From: a bacterium
GTDB taxonomy: Bacteria > Methylomirabilota > Methylomirabilia > CAVQYV01
Assembly (NCBI GenBank): GCA_043800755.1
Contig: JAZDMQ010000017.1
Span: 34,297 to 98,296, forward strand
Direction: 5' to 3'
DNA: 64,000 bases
Each line of letters starts with the position of its first letter. The stretch's first letter is position 1. The notes beneath the pieces were generated by a model that was not told where the DNA came from, searched no databases, and was given only the letters and a program-made list of their open reading frames with translations. This document shows, piece after piece, positions 39,070 to 48,493 of this stretch. The position numbers and the translations under genes are program-made.

Positions 39070-40539
39070 TTATTTCTTCCAGAGATACTCGATAATATTG
39101 ATGCCCAGTTCTCGGGGAAAGACGGACCGCACGATCTGCCTTCTCTCGGCCTCCGAGGCAAGGGCGATTATCTCCCCCTCCACTCTATTGCCCTTTGCAT
39201 CGCGGAGAAGCTCCACCCGGGGAAGGTGAAGGAATTCGGGATGGGGGCTAACCTCCACCACGATGCCCACCTCGCCCGAATCAAAAAGGAGCAGCGTCCC
39301 CCGGGGATAGATCCCGATGGTGTTCACAAAGACCTTGAGCAAGAGGGGATCGTAACCCTTCCCTCCTTCATCCATCATGATCGCCAACGCCTGATCCGGG
39401 AGAAACGGGTTGGGACGATATACCCGGGCCGTGGTCATGGCATCGAAGGAATCGGCGATCCGAATGATGCGCGAGAAGAGGGTCAACTTCCTCTTCTTGG
39501 ATAGTGGTGGATAACCGGAAAGGTCATAATTGAGGTGGTGCTCAAAGGAGGCAATCATCGATTGCAGGACCAGGTCATTCAGCCCCTTGAGCCGCATCAG
39601 GGGAAGGACGCCATAATACGGGTGGAGGGCTACAATCTTGAACTCGTCCTTTTCCAAAGCGGTGGGCTTATTGATCAATTCCTCCGGAATCCGAACCTTT
39701 CCGATATCATGGAAGAAGGCCGCCATCCCCAATTTGAACAGTTGCGACTTCGTATATCCGAGGCGCGATCCCAGGGCAGTGGAGAGGATGCTGACATTGA
39801 CCGAGTGGTTGGCCGTGTAATCATCATAATTCTTAATGGAGGTGAGGCCCAGGATGAACAAATCCTCGGACAAGATGAGGTCCACTAGGGATTGCACCAC
39901 TCTCTTGCTCCCCTTCATGTCAATTCGGTCCGAGGTGGCCGCCTGATCCAATACGCTCCGGATATTGGTGATGCCCTTGAGGAAGGTGACCTTCGCCAGT
40001 TCCCGGCCTTTGGAATCAGATCCCCCGGCTGAATAACGGGGAGCAATCAACCCATCCACGGCAATGCGGGCAATCCCATTCTGGATGAGCCGTTCCTGTA
40101 AGATTTGAGAGGGATTTTCCGCCTGGGTCTCCAGACCCAGCAGCAGGGAGATGAACTGCTGGAGATCTTCCGCCTCCACCGCCTCCCGGAAAATCACCGA
40201 ACCGATCTTGCGCCCCTTGAGTTCCTCCACTAGCCTGCTGTAGCTCAGGTATCCTTCGATGTCAAACCTGAGGCGTTGGTCATTGACAAAGAGATAGGAA
40301 TCGACCAGACGCAGTGAGACCTCTCCTTCCAGGGGAAGCAAGGAATTAAGGACCTCGGCCAATTTGTGCAGGGGGCGAAGGAAGGCCTCATTGGCCAATC
40401 CATACATCTTGGCGCTCTTGAAGGAGACATAGAGGAGGCTCACTAGGCTCTTCATCTCCCGGGCAATGCGCTCATCGATCACCTCGGTGAGCTTCACCCG
40501 GGAGTCCGCTCGGTGATCCCTCACGCCGAATCCTCCCAT
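39070..40539 (-). CDS. HD-GYP domain phosphodiesterase with N-terminal DUF3391-like sensor domain
   Basis: HD domain FFHDIGKV...HH and LNYDLSGYP (HD-GYP signature). N-terminal ~300 aa resemble the domain commonly preceding HD-GYP. The track ORF extends to 40938 through low-complexity sequence overlapping the upstream gene; start set at MGGFGV. Confidence 0.7.
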   Translation of the reverse strand: MGGFGVRDHRADSRVKLTEVIDERIAREMKSLVSLLYVSFKSAKMYGLANEAFLRPLHKLAEVLNSLLPLEGEVSLRLVDSYLFVNDQRLRFDIEGYLSYSRLVEELKGRKIGSVIFREAVEAEDLQQFISLLLGLETQAENPSQILQERLIQNGIARIAVDGLIAPRYSAGGSDSKGRELAKVTFLKGITNIRSVLDQAATSDRIDMKGSKRVVQSLVDLILSEDLFILGLTSIKNYDDYTANHSVNVSILSTALGSRLGYTKSQLFKLGMAAFFHDIGKVRIPEELINKPTALEKDEFKIVALHPYYGVLPLMRLKGLNDLVLQSMIASFEHHLNYDLSGYPPLSKKRKLTLFSRIIRIADSFDAMTTARVYRPNPFLPDQALAIMMDEGGKGYDPLLLKVFVNTIGIYPRGTLLLFDSGEVGIVVEVSPHPEFLHLPRVELLRDAKGNRVEGEIIALASEAERRQIVRSVFPRELGINIIEYLWKK

Positions 40540-42350
40540 GTACTTTGCGCCGAGAGCCGAGAAACCCGCGACAGGGCTGCCCGACATACCTGGCTGATCG
40601 CCTTGTCGGCTCCTCTCGCTCCTTCCCGCAACATCCCTTTGGCCGCGGGGGTTCCAATTAAGGCCATGGCGATGGCCGCTCCCTCCCTCATCTCCTCTAT
40701 CCTTCCCCGGTGGAACACGCTCTTTTTGAACAGGATCTCTCTCAGCAAGGGGAGGACCTGATCGGAGCCCAACTGACCGACTGCCTCCAAAATCTCCCTC
40801 TTTTCCTCCTGGCTCCGGTTTCGGAAATCCCTGTCCTCTACCATCTTCAAGAGAGGAGAAAGGGCCCTTTTTTCTCCCAGGCTCGCCAGGGCCCGCGCCG
40901 CTGCAACCTGCAGGGGGGCTGGGGAAGACTGGAGGCAAACGAGGAGATAGTCGCGTGAAGCGAGGTCTCCAATGGCCCCCAGGGCACGAATGGCCTCCTT
41001 CCAGACCCGAGACTCCCCGTCCTTCACTAGCTCCTTCAGATACCTCACCCCCTGGGGATCCCGCATCAAACCCAAGATGTAGGCCACATTCCGGGCCACA
41101 AACCAGCGCGAATCTTTGACCGCCGGTCCGAGAAGCTCGACATGACCTTGCGCCAATTGGGCGATGGAATCACAGAGAATGCGCCGTGCCTTCATCTGTT
41201 CAAGCTCCCCCAGAACCTCGCACAGGGGGAGAATTGCCTGGTGGTCAAGGAGCGAGACATAGGACTGAAAAGAGCGAAGTCCCCCCTCATCCGCACGGTT
41301 TAAGACCTTGGGTAGCCTCCTCAATCTCTCTGAACTCCCCATGCGCTTGACCGCTTCCCGGATCAGGCCTCGGCGCTCTTCAGACAGATTCAAGGGGAGG
41401 TCCATCAGTTGCCGCAGGTCCCTCAAAATCTGGTATGCCTTGAGGAAATTTCCTTGTAGGCAATAGGACTCGGCGATCCGCTCCACGATGGCCAAGATCT
41501 CCTTTGATCCCTCAATATCTTCCTTGGCCGATAGTATCTCCAACAACAGGGCTATGAACTCCTCGCCCAGATCCTTGTCCTTTTCCATCCCCATCTCCGA
41601 CTTGACCCTTTCCACCTCTTCCTCCGCGAGAGAGAAGATGGGAATCCTTCCTGCCGGGGCCGGAGGAATCAAGTCGGTGTAAGTCGGGAGGGAGTCGGCC
41701 GCGCCGGCCTGGGCCCCGGGGGATTGGGTATTCAAGGGGGCCTCCAGCTCAGCCTTTCCATGATCCAACAAACCTTGGGAGAGCGAGGAAAAGTCAATTT
41801 CCTTCTCCTCCTCCGCCATCACATCCACCACCATATAATCGATGTTAGGGAAATCCTTCTCCCAGAAAAGAGTAGCCAGATCATCATCTGCATCCGGCTC
41901 ATAAATGCTGGATTTGAGGACTTCCAAGAAGGTCTGGATCTCTGAAGGCTCAACCCCTTCGAAGAATCGGAGCCGGCGCAGGCCATCCTTATGCAGGTGA
42001 AAGGCCAAACTCTCCCCAGGGTCTCGATTTTCGTAGACGGTTTGCCCCTCGTAGTCGATCCGGAATTGCCCAATATTCCAGGTCATCACCGGCTGGGCCG
42101 TCAGGAAAGAGGCGAGGCTGTTGGCCAAATCCTGGAAGAGCTTCTGATAGGCGGGATTATCCGGATGGTAAACCCGGCTGGCCTTTAGGGCCTTGCTCAG
42201 GGAGAGCAGGACATCTCGTGCTGCCTTAAGCTCCAGGGCATCAGGCCCTGGAGCCCCTCCCTGGCTCATAGCCCCCTTTTCCTGCTGCGGCAGATGCGAG
42301 AGTCCGCTGTCCGGGGGGTTCGATGTGGCGTCGTTTGGGTTCATCCGCAA
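40521..42350 (-). CDS. HEAT/PBS-lyase-repeat protein with N-terminal domain homologous to the HD-GYP protein N-terminus
   Basis: 609 aa. C-terminal half has repeated HEAT-like units (VRYLKELVKDGESRVWKEAIRALGAIGD..., LQVAAARALASLGEKRALSPLLKMV...). N-terminal ~150 aa (SKALKASRVYHPDNPAYQKLF...FFEGVEPSEIQTFLEVLK) parallel the HD-GYP N-terminus (FKSAKMYGLANEAFLRPLH...IFREAVEAEDLQQFISLL). Confidence 0.6.
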   Translation of the reverse strand: MRMNPNDATSNPPDSGLSHLPQQEKGAMSQGGAPGPDALELKAARDVLLSLSKALKASRVYHPDNPAYQKLFQDLANSLASFLTAQPVMTWNIGQFRIDYEGQTVYENRDPGESLAFHLHKDGLRRLRFFEGVEPSEIQTFLEVLKSSIYEPDADDDLATLFWEKDFPNIDYMVVDVMAEEEKEIDFSSLSQGLLDHGKAELEAPLNTQSPGAQAGAADSLPTYTDLIPPAPAGRIPIFSLAEEEVERVKSEMGMEKDKDLGEEFIALLLEILSAKEDIEGSKEILAIVERIAESYCLQGNFLKAYQILRDLRQLMDLPLNLSEERRGLIREAVKRMGSSERLRRLPKVLNRADEGGLRSFQSYVSLLDHQAILPLCEVLGELEQMKARRILCDSIAQLAQGHVELLGPAVKDSRWFVARNVAYILGLMRDPQGVRYLKELVKDGESRVWKEAIRALGAIGDLASRDYLLVCLQSSPAPLQVAAARALASLGEKRALSPLLKMVEDRDFRNRSQEEKREILEAVGQLGSDQVLPLLREILFKKSVFHRGRIEEMREGAAIAMALIGTPAAKGMLREGARGADKAISQVCRAALSRVSRLSAQSTWEDSA

Positions 42351-42507
42351 TAGCCATCCTGACCCGGGGTCTGATTTGTTACTCAGGACCCATTATAATA
42401 GATGGTCAAGGAAGACCTGTCAAACTAAAAGGACATTATCCTCCCCCTGGGAGGGTAATGGGCTGTAACATCCGCCCAGGCCTTGCCAAGCCTTGGTTCC
42501 TGCCTTT

Positions 42508-43476
42508 TCAGATCCTGAGGCTTTGAACCCGATCCTTGCTCAGGCGAGGGGGCCGAATCCTGCCCTCATGGGCCCCTTCCACCCATATCTCCGGGATCTC
42601 GCCCGTGGCTGGAACATCAGCGAAAGCCGCGCAGATCCCCGCGGCCTGAAGCAAGGCCTCCTCCGGCGCCCCACCGCACACCAGGGCGACTGGCCCGGGG
42701 ACATGCTCGGCCGAAAGCAGGATATCTCCTTTCCTCGCCATTCCCTTGATCTGGTGATTCTCCTCCCTATCCCTTCCCAAAATGACTTTGATGCCCCCTA
42801 TGCGGAAGTGGCGACCTACCCTCAGGAGCTTCAGGTCCCGGAGATCGAAATCCCCCCTCCCCAACAACTCTCTCAATTTCATGGAGTACCCTCGATCGGT
42901 GAGGAGACAGCCACCGGCGGGCGTGCCGAATGCTGTCAGGCCATAGCCCTCGGCCAGGGCGAGCTGCCTCTTCCGGGACCGACCTTGAAGGTCGAGCAGC
43001 CCTTCCCGGTCGACCATCCCCTCCCTCTCTGCCCTGGTTTCAGGCAGAAGCCTGGCGCTCAAAGGACGGAGGAGGAGGTCTGCATAACCAGATAACTTCG
43101 CCACCAACGACAGGGATTGCCGGTTTTGCGACATGGGCCGTTCATTAAGGACCTCCCCGGTGAAAACAAAATCATAGCCTTCCGCTTCCATCATCTCCCC
43201 CGCCTTGCGAACCATCAGGGCATGACAATCGATGCAAGGATTCATGGCGGCGCCATATCCGTGGGGGGGATACATCACGATCTTAAGGTGCTCCTCGGTG
43301 ATGTCCAGGACTACCAAAGAAATTCCCAGCTGACCCGCTGACTGCCTGGCTTCCGCCGGTCCAAAGAAGGGCGTTTCAAAGGAAAGCCCGAGGAGCTCGA
43401 TCTTTTGATCCAGCAAGATCCTGGCTGCCAGGATGCTGTCCAATCCACCCGAGATCAGGCCAATCGCCTTCGGCAT
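42508..43476 (-). CDS. ThiI-like PP-loop ATP pyrophosphatase (tRNA sulfurtransferase family) with CxxC motif
   Basis: PP-loop GLISGGLDS. ThiI-like block NPCIDCHALMVRKAGEMMEAEGYDFVFTGEVLNERPMSQ (cf. ThiI LMRRMMxRIAExxGAxALVTGESLGQVASQT). Start set at MPKAIG with a GGAGGAG RBS; the track ORF extends to 43716. Confidence 0.6.
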   Translation of the reverse strand: MPKAIGLISGGLDSILAARILLDQKIELLGLSFETPFFGPAEARQSAGQLGISLVVLDITEEHLKIVMYPPHGYGAAMNPCIDCHALMVRKAGEMMEAEGYDFVFTGEVLNERPMSQNRQSLSLVAKLSGYADLLLRPLSARLLPETRAEREGMVDREGLLDLQGRSRKRQLALAEGYGLTAFGTPAGGCLLTDRGYSMKLRELLGRGDFDLRDLKLLRVGRHFRIGGIKVILGRDREENHQIKGMARKGDILLSAEHVPGPVALVCGGAPEEALLQAAGICAAFADVPATGEIPEIWVEGAHEGRIRPPRLSKDRVQSLRI

Positions 43477-43730
43477 AGTGTAGTCATCTCCTCCAGGAAG
43501 GGGCTTTTGGAGGGCTTCCCTAACTCCCCGCCCCTCCGTCCTGTTAATCATACCATAGAACGAGAAGGAATGCCGATGGATTTTGCTGGCCGCCGCTCTG
43601 GTGGACCTTGCCATCCGCCCCTCCAACCCCGCACCAGATAAGGGTCTGCAAAAACATTCGTTTTTTCCTTGACAAACCAACCCCAGATGTGGCAAAAACC
43701 GATCTCGTTTGCTCAAGAAAAGGAGGCCCC

Positions 43731-44036
43731 ATGTTTGCCTGGCTCTTCCATCGCATCAGTGGTCTGTTCCTAATCTTCCTCTTTGGCATTAAGATCTTCA
43801 GCGGGTTTTTCCTCTTTACCAAAGACAAGAAGCCTGATTGGGCCCTCCTTCTTCACCGACAGCCGATCGTGGATCTCCTGATCCTGATCCTCTTCAGTTT
43901 CCATGTCTTCTATGGGATCAAGACCATCCTCTATGATCTGGGAATCCGCCGGGAGAAAATCCTGTTCTGGGCCTCTACCCTCTTGGGAGGTATAGTCTCC
44001 ATCCTCCTGATCGCAACCTACTTTAAGGTCACCTAA
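43731..44036 (+). CDS. sdhC: Succinate dehydrogenase/fumarate reductase membrane anchor (cytochrome b-type) subunit
   Basis: 101 aa, 3 TM helices with conserved His (HRISG, FHVFYG). AAAGGAGG RBS. Immediately precedes the flavoprotein gene. Confidence 0.6.
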   Translation: MFAWLFHRISGLFLIFLFGIKIFSGFFLFTKDKKPDWALLLHRQPIVDLLILILFSFHVFYGIKTILYDLGIRREKILFWASTLLGGIVSILLIATYFKVT

Positions 44037-44039
44037 TCC

Positions 44040-45749
44040 ATGACTGAGATCTTTCGTCACCAGGTAATCATTGTAGGAGGAGGTTTGGCCGGGCTGCGTG
44101 CCGCAGTGGGCCTGGCTGACTCTTGCGATGTGGCGGTGGTGTCGCGGGTTCACCCCCTCCGATCCCACTCGGTAGCGGCCCAAGGCGGGATCAACGCCGC
44201 CCTGGCAAACCATCCGGACGGGCGAGACGACAGTCTGGACCGCCATGCCTTCGACACCATAAAGGGGAGCGATTACCAGGCCGATCAGCCGGCCGTGGAG
44301 CTGATGTGCCAGGAGGCCGGCCCTGTCGTTTATGAGATGGAACACTGGGGGGTTCCCTTCTCTCGCTTCCCTGACGGAAGGATTGCCCAACGCCCCTTTG
44401 GCGGCGGGGCCTTCCCCCGGACCTGCTACGCTGCAGATCGGACCGGCCATGTCCTCCTTCATACCCTCTACGAGCAGGCCGTCAGAAAGAGAGTGAAGAT
44501 CTACGACGATTGCCATGTGCTGCGCTTGGTGGCCTCTGATGGACGCGTATCCGGGTTGGGTGCCCTGCACATGCCGACGGGAAAGCTGGTCGGGTTTTCC
44601 GCCAAGGCGGTTATTATGGCCACTGGAGGCTATGGGAGGGTTTATCTCCGGTCGACCAATGCCCTGATCAACACCGGTGCGGGCATCGCCCTGGCCTATC
44701 GGGCCGGGGTCCCAATCAAGGACCTGGAATTCGTTCAGTTCCATCCCACTTCCCTTTACGGGACCAATATCCTCATGACCGAGGGGGCCCGGGGGGAAGG
44801 CGGGTACCTAATCAACAGAGCCGGGGAACGGTTCATGGAGCGCTACGCACCGGGCGCCATGGAATTGGCCCCCCGGGACATTGTGGCACGCTCCATCCAG
44901 ACAGAAATCAACGAGGGACGGGGATTCCAGGACGAGTATGTGTTGCTCGATCTGCGACATCTGGGCGCGGAAAAGATCAAGAGCCGCCTTCCCGGAATCC
45001 GGGAGATCTGCATTGATTTCTCCGGGGTGGACCCCATCGAGGCCCCGATCCCCATTCAGCCCGCGCAACACTATTCCATGGGGGGAATTGATGTGGATCA
45101 GGATTGCCGCTCTCCGGTGCCGGGCCTCTATGCGGCCGGGGAGTGCGCCTGCATCTCGGTTCACGGGGCAAATCGCCTGGGCGGAAATTCCCTGCTGGAG
45201 ACAATTGTCTTCGGAAAGGTGGCCTCAGAGAAGCTGCCCCCGGATCTGGAGACGTTGCCAACAGCAGAGCCGGAGGCGGTCGAAGCCGCAGTGAAGGAGA
45301 TAGAACAGGATCTTGCGTGCCTCTCTGATTCCCGGAGGGACGGAATTCCCTATACCACCATCCGCGACCGGCTGCGGGAGGTCATGTCGGAAAAGGCTGG
45401 CCTTTTCCGCACCCGTGAGGGCCTGGAGCAAGCAGTGGCCATCCTGAAAGGATTGAAGGAGGGGGTCAAGAGGGTGGTCGTGCCGGGGGGCGCCCCGAAC
45501 CGGCGATTCCACCAGGGCCTGATCAATGCCTTTGAGGTGGGATTGATGGTCGATCTCGGGGAGATCATTGTCGCGGGAGCGCTAAGGCGCGAAGAGAGCA
45601 GAGGTTCTCACTTCCGGACGGACTTCCCCCACCGGGACGATGCTCGCTGGCTCCATCACACCATGGCCAGCTGGACGCCGGACGGGCCTTCCTTTTCTAC
45701 CAAGCCAGTGGTAATTACCAAGTACCAGCCCCAGGCGAGGACCTACTGA
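44040..45749 (+). CDS. sdhA: Succinate dehydrogenase/fumarate reductase flavoprotein subunit
   Basis: 569 aa. FAD-binding VGGGLAGLRAA, the covalent-FAD His region (SHSVAAQGG) and HYSMGG. Confidence 0.9.
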   Translation: MTEIFRHQVIIVGGGLAGLRAAVGLADSCDVAVVSRVHPLRSHSVAAQGGINAALANHPDGRDDSLDRHAFDTIKGSDYQADQPAVELMCQEAGPVVYEMEHWGVPFSRFPDGRIAQRPFGGGAFPRTCYAADRTGHVLLHTLYEQAVRKRVKIYDDCHVLRLVASDGRVSGLGALHMPTGKLVGFSAKAVIMATGGYGRVYLRSTNALINTGAGIALAYRAGVPIKDLEFVQFHPTSLYGTNILMTEGARGEGGYLINRAGERFMERYAPGAMELAPRDIVARSIQTEINEGRGFQDEYVLLDLRHLGAEKIKSRLPGIREICIDFSGVDPIEAPIPIQPAQHYSMGGIDVDQDCRSPVPGLYAAGECACISVHGANRLGGNSLLETIVFGKVASEKLPPDLETLPTAEPEAVEAAVKEIEQDLACLSDSRRDGIPYTTIRDRLREVMSEKAGLFRTREGLEQAVAILKGLKEGVKRVVVPGGAPNRRFHQGLINAFEVGLMVDLGEIIVAGALRREESRGSHFRTDFPHRDDARWLHHTMASWTPDGPSFSTKPVVITKYQPQARTY

Positions 45750-46471
45750 TGGGGAGCCAAGAATACACCTTCCTGGTCTTTCGCTTCGATCCGGAAAGAG
45801 ATAGGGAGCCTCGATTCGATTCCTATACCCTGCAACTGGACGAATGGCAGAGCGTCCTCGGAGCCTTGATGGAAATACAGGATCGCCTGGATCCCTCCCT
45901 CTCTTTCCGTTACTCCTGTCGGGGGGCGGTGTGCGGCTCCTGCAGCCTATCCATTAACGGCTCCTTAGCCCTGGCATGCAAGACCCTCCTCTTTCGCCTC
46001 CCCGGGGGAACGATCACGGTGGAGCCCCTCCCCAACCTGGAGATTCAAAAAGATCTTGCCGTCAACCTGCAGCCTTTCTGGAAGGCCTATCAGGAAATCC
46101 AACCCTGGCTTCACACCGCAGGAGTCCTTCCCGAAAAGGAGTACCAGGTGTCGGAAAGGGAGAGGTCCCGAATTGACCAGTTTGTCAACTGCATCCTCTG
46201 CGCCTGCTGTTATGGGGCATGCCCGGCGATCGGACGAGACTCGGACTACCTGGGCCCTGCGGCCCTGGCCAAACTCTTCCGCTTCGTGGGAGATGTCCGC
46301 GATCGCAGGGAGGAGAGCCTCCTGCGAACGCTGGATGACCAGCACGGGGTCTGGGGCTGTGACACCGTCTTTCGCTGCATTGATGCCTGCCCCAAGGAGG
46401 TGCGTCCCACCGATGGCATCGCTGCCCTCCGTCGCAGTTTGATTGCGAGCAGGTTCGGGAGGAGGAGATGA
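45749..46471 (+). CDS. sdhB: Succinate dehydrogenase/fumarate reductase iron-sulfur subunit
   Basis: 2Fe-2S CRGAVCGSC and two Cys clusters CILCACCYGACP / CIDACP. ATGA-type overlap with sdhA. Confidence 0.9.
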   Translation: MGSQEYTFLVFRFDPERDREPRFDSYTLQLDEWQSVLGALMEIQDRLDPSLSFRYSCRGAVCGSCSLSINGSLALACKTLLFRLPGGTITVEPLPNLEIQKDLAVNLQPFWKAYQEIQPWLHTAGVLPEKEYQVSERERSRIDQFVNCILCACCYGACPAIGRDSDYLGPAALAKLFRFVGDVRDRREESLLRTLDDQHGVWGCDTVFRCIDACPKEVRPTDGIAALRRSLIASRFGRRR

Positions 46472-46941
46472 GGCTGAAAGAATCGTATATTTCCCGGCGG
46501 GCCTTTCTCTCCCGCCTCCTCGGAGGTTGGCTGGCAGCCCTGGCAGGCCTGGTGGTCTACCCGGTGGCGAAGTACCTGGCCCCGGCAGAGGCCCCCGATC
46601 CCCCCTTTATCTTGCTTCCGGCCAGCGACTATCTTTCCATCCCTGCCAACTCCACCAAGACCTTCCCCTGGGGGCACAAGATGGGGATCTTCATGAAGGC
46701 CACTGACCAGAGCCTGCGGGCCTTCAAGGGAACCTGCAGCCACCTCGACTGCAATGTCGCCTACAAGCCGGCTGAGCGGCGTTTCTTCTGTCCCTGTCAC
46801 GACGGCTGGTACGATGAGCAGGGACAAAACATTGCCGGCCCTCCACCCCGGCCCCTGGACCGGCTGGAGGTCCGAGTGCAGGGGGAGAAATTGATCGTCC
46901 ACCAGCCCGGGGTGACCCTTCCGCCGGAGGTGCTCGCATGA
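46468..46941 (+). CDS. Rieske [2Fe-2S] protein with Tat signal
   Basis: RRAFLSRLLGG twin-arginine motif. Rieske boxes CSHLDC and CPCHDG. 4-nt overlap with sdhB. Confidence 0.85.
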   Translation: MRLKESYISRRAFLSRLLGGWLAALAGLVVYPVAKYLAPAEAPDPPFILLPASDYLSIPANSTKTFPWGHKMGIFMKATDQSLRAFKGTCSHLDCNVAYKPAERRFFCPCHDGWYDEQGQNIAGPPPRPLDRLEVRVQGEKLIVHQPGVTLPPEVLA

Positions 46942-47999
46942 CGAGGCTGAGGGCCTGGCTGGGCGCGCGAATCGATCTGGAGAGGATAGAGACCTACATG
47001 CGGTCCAAGACCGTGCCCCACCACCGGCACAGTTATCTCTACTACTCCGGGGGGGTGCTCCTCTTCCTCTTGGCCATCCAGGTAATCACCGGCACCCTCT
47101 TGCTCGCCCACTATCGCCCAGGCGAGGACAGTGCCTTCGAGAGCATTGTCCATCTCGTGTCCAAGGTCCCCATGGGGGTCTACATCCGCTCGGTCCACTC
47201 CTGGGGGGCGAACCTGATGGTCTTCTTCCTGTTCTTCCATCTCTTTTCCATCCTCCTGTATCAGGGGTATCGTCAGCCCCGGGAGCTCACCTGGATCGGG
47301 GGATTTCTGCTCCTCATCCTCACCCTGGCCTTCGGTTTTTCCGGCTATCTGCTCCCCTGGAACCAACTGGCCCTGACCGCCACCAAGGTGGGAACCGACG
47401 CCCCCCGGGCCCTGGGCCCGCTCGGGTTGTGGTTCAGCCTCCTGTTGCGCGGGGGAGAGGACATCACCGGAGTCACCCTGAGCCGTTTCTTCGCCCTCCA
47501 TGTGTGGGGACTTCCCCTGCTCTTCTTTCCCCTTCTCGGACTGCATCTCTTCCTCATCCAACTACAGGGGGTGGCGGTCCCGCCCGGAATCGAGAGGAAG
47601 GAGGAATACAGCGAATTGCCCTTCTTTCCCAACTTCCTTTATCGGGACCTCTCTCTGTGGTTGGTGGTGTTCGGCCTAGTGGTGAGCCTGGCGGTGCTCT
47701 TTCCCTGGCCGGTGGGGGAAAAGGCGGATTTTCTGGCCCCGACCCCTGAACACATCAAACCGGAGTGGTATTTTCTTTTTCTCTTCCAGCCCCTCAAGCT
47801 CTTTCCGGGAAATATCCTCGGGGTCTCCGGTGAGACGGTGGCCATGATCCTGATCATTCTGGTCGGGCTGGCCGCCTTCCTTTACCCCCTGATCGATCGC
47901 GGGGCTCACCAGGGAAAAACGCCCTTCTGGCTCCGTCTGCTTCCCTATCTGGCCATCATCTATTTTTGTGCAATGACCCTCTGGGGGTTCCTCTCATGA
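46938..47999 (+). CDS. Cytochrome b (fused b6 + subunit IV type) of a Rieske/cytb complex
   Basis: 353 aa. Haem-ligand His in predicted TM helices (SVHSWGANLMVFFLFFHLF; FFALHVWGLPLL). PEW-like region (PEWYFL). Overlaps the Rieske gene by 4 nt. Confidence 0.85.
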   Translation: MTRLRAWLGARIDLERIETYMRSKTVPHHRHSYLYYSGGVLLFLLAIQVITGTLLLAHYRPGEDSAFESIVHLVSKVPMGVYIRSVHSWGANLMVFFLFFHLFSILLYQGYRQPRELTWIGGFLLLILTLAFGFSGYLLPWNQLALTATKVGTDAPRALGPLGLWFSLLLRGGEDITGVTLSRFFALHVWGLPLLFFPLLGLHLFLIQLQGVAVPPGIERKEEYSELPFFPNFLYRDLSLWLVVFGLVVSLAVLFPWPVGEKADFLAPTPEHIKPEWYFLFLFQPLKLFPGNILGVSGETVAMILIILVGLAAFLYPLIDRGAHQGKTPFWLRLLPYLAIIYFCAMTLWGFLS

Positions 48000-48283
48000 G
48001 CGTCTGGGCCTGGTTCCTCTCCCTGATGACACCTGCGGTGACCTTTGCCGCCACCCCAGAGGCGCCCCTTCCTCTTCTCCTCGACCCCCTCCCTGACCGC
48101 CTCCTCTTCCTGGTCATCCTCTGGGTGTTCATCATCGCGTTGGTAATCGTTCTCCGCTGGAAGGTCTCCCTGGCCGACGCCCTATTCCGCATGATGCCCC
48201 TGAACCAGAGAGGCTCACGGAAGAAGGTTAAGGTCGGGGAGTCGAATCGAGATTCCATCCCCGGGCCACCGGGGAGAGATTGA
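47998..48283 (+). CDS. Small membrane protein co-transcribed with Rieske/cytb (no haem-binding motif)
   Basis: 95 aa, N-terminal signal-like segment plus one TM. Start overlaps the cytb stop. Confidence 0.4.
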
Positions 48284-48493
48284 GCAGCCCCACAGCCCGC
48301 GCGGCTCCACTATTCTCCTTCCATCTTCTCCACTCGCCTATCTGCCCAGGGTATCCCAACCCAGCAAGATCCATAGCGAGGGCCTCCGCAAAAAAGAAGC
48401 CCCGCTGCCTCCCTTGATAATTCGGGGCAGGGGGCTCAAGAGGGTTGGCTATATCGCTATATCTATCACTCGTGGGAAGGCGAAAGGGGCCTA

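Noticed and set aside
48380-48445. Hairpin AGCCCCGCTGCC…GGCAGGGGGCT after an A-run as a terminator for the fabF-side operon
   Set aside because: The stem pairing is imperfect with a long loop. It is plausible but not clean enough to annotate.
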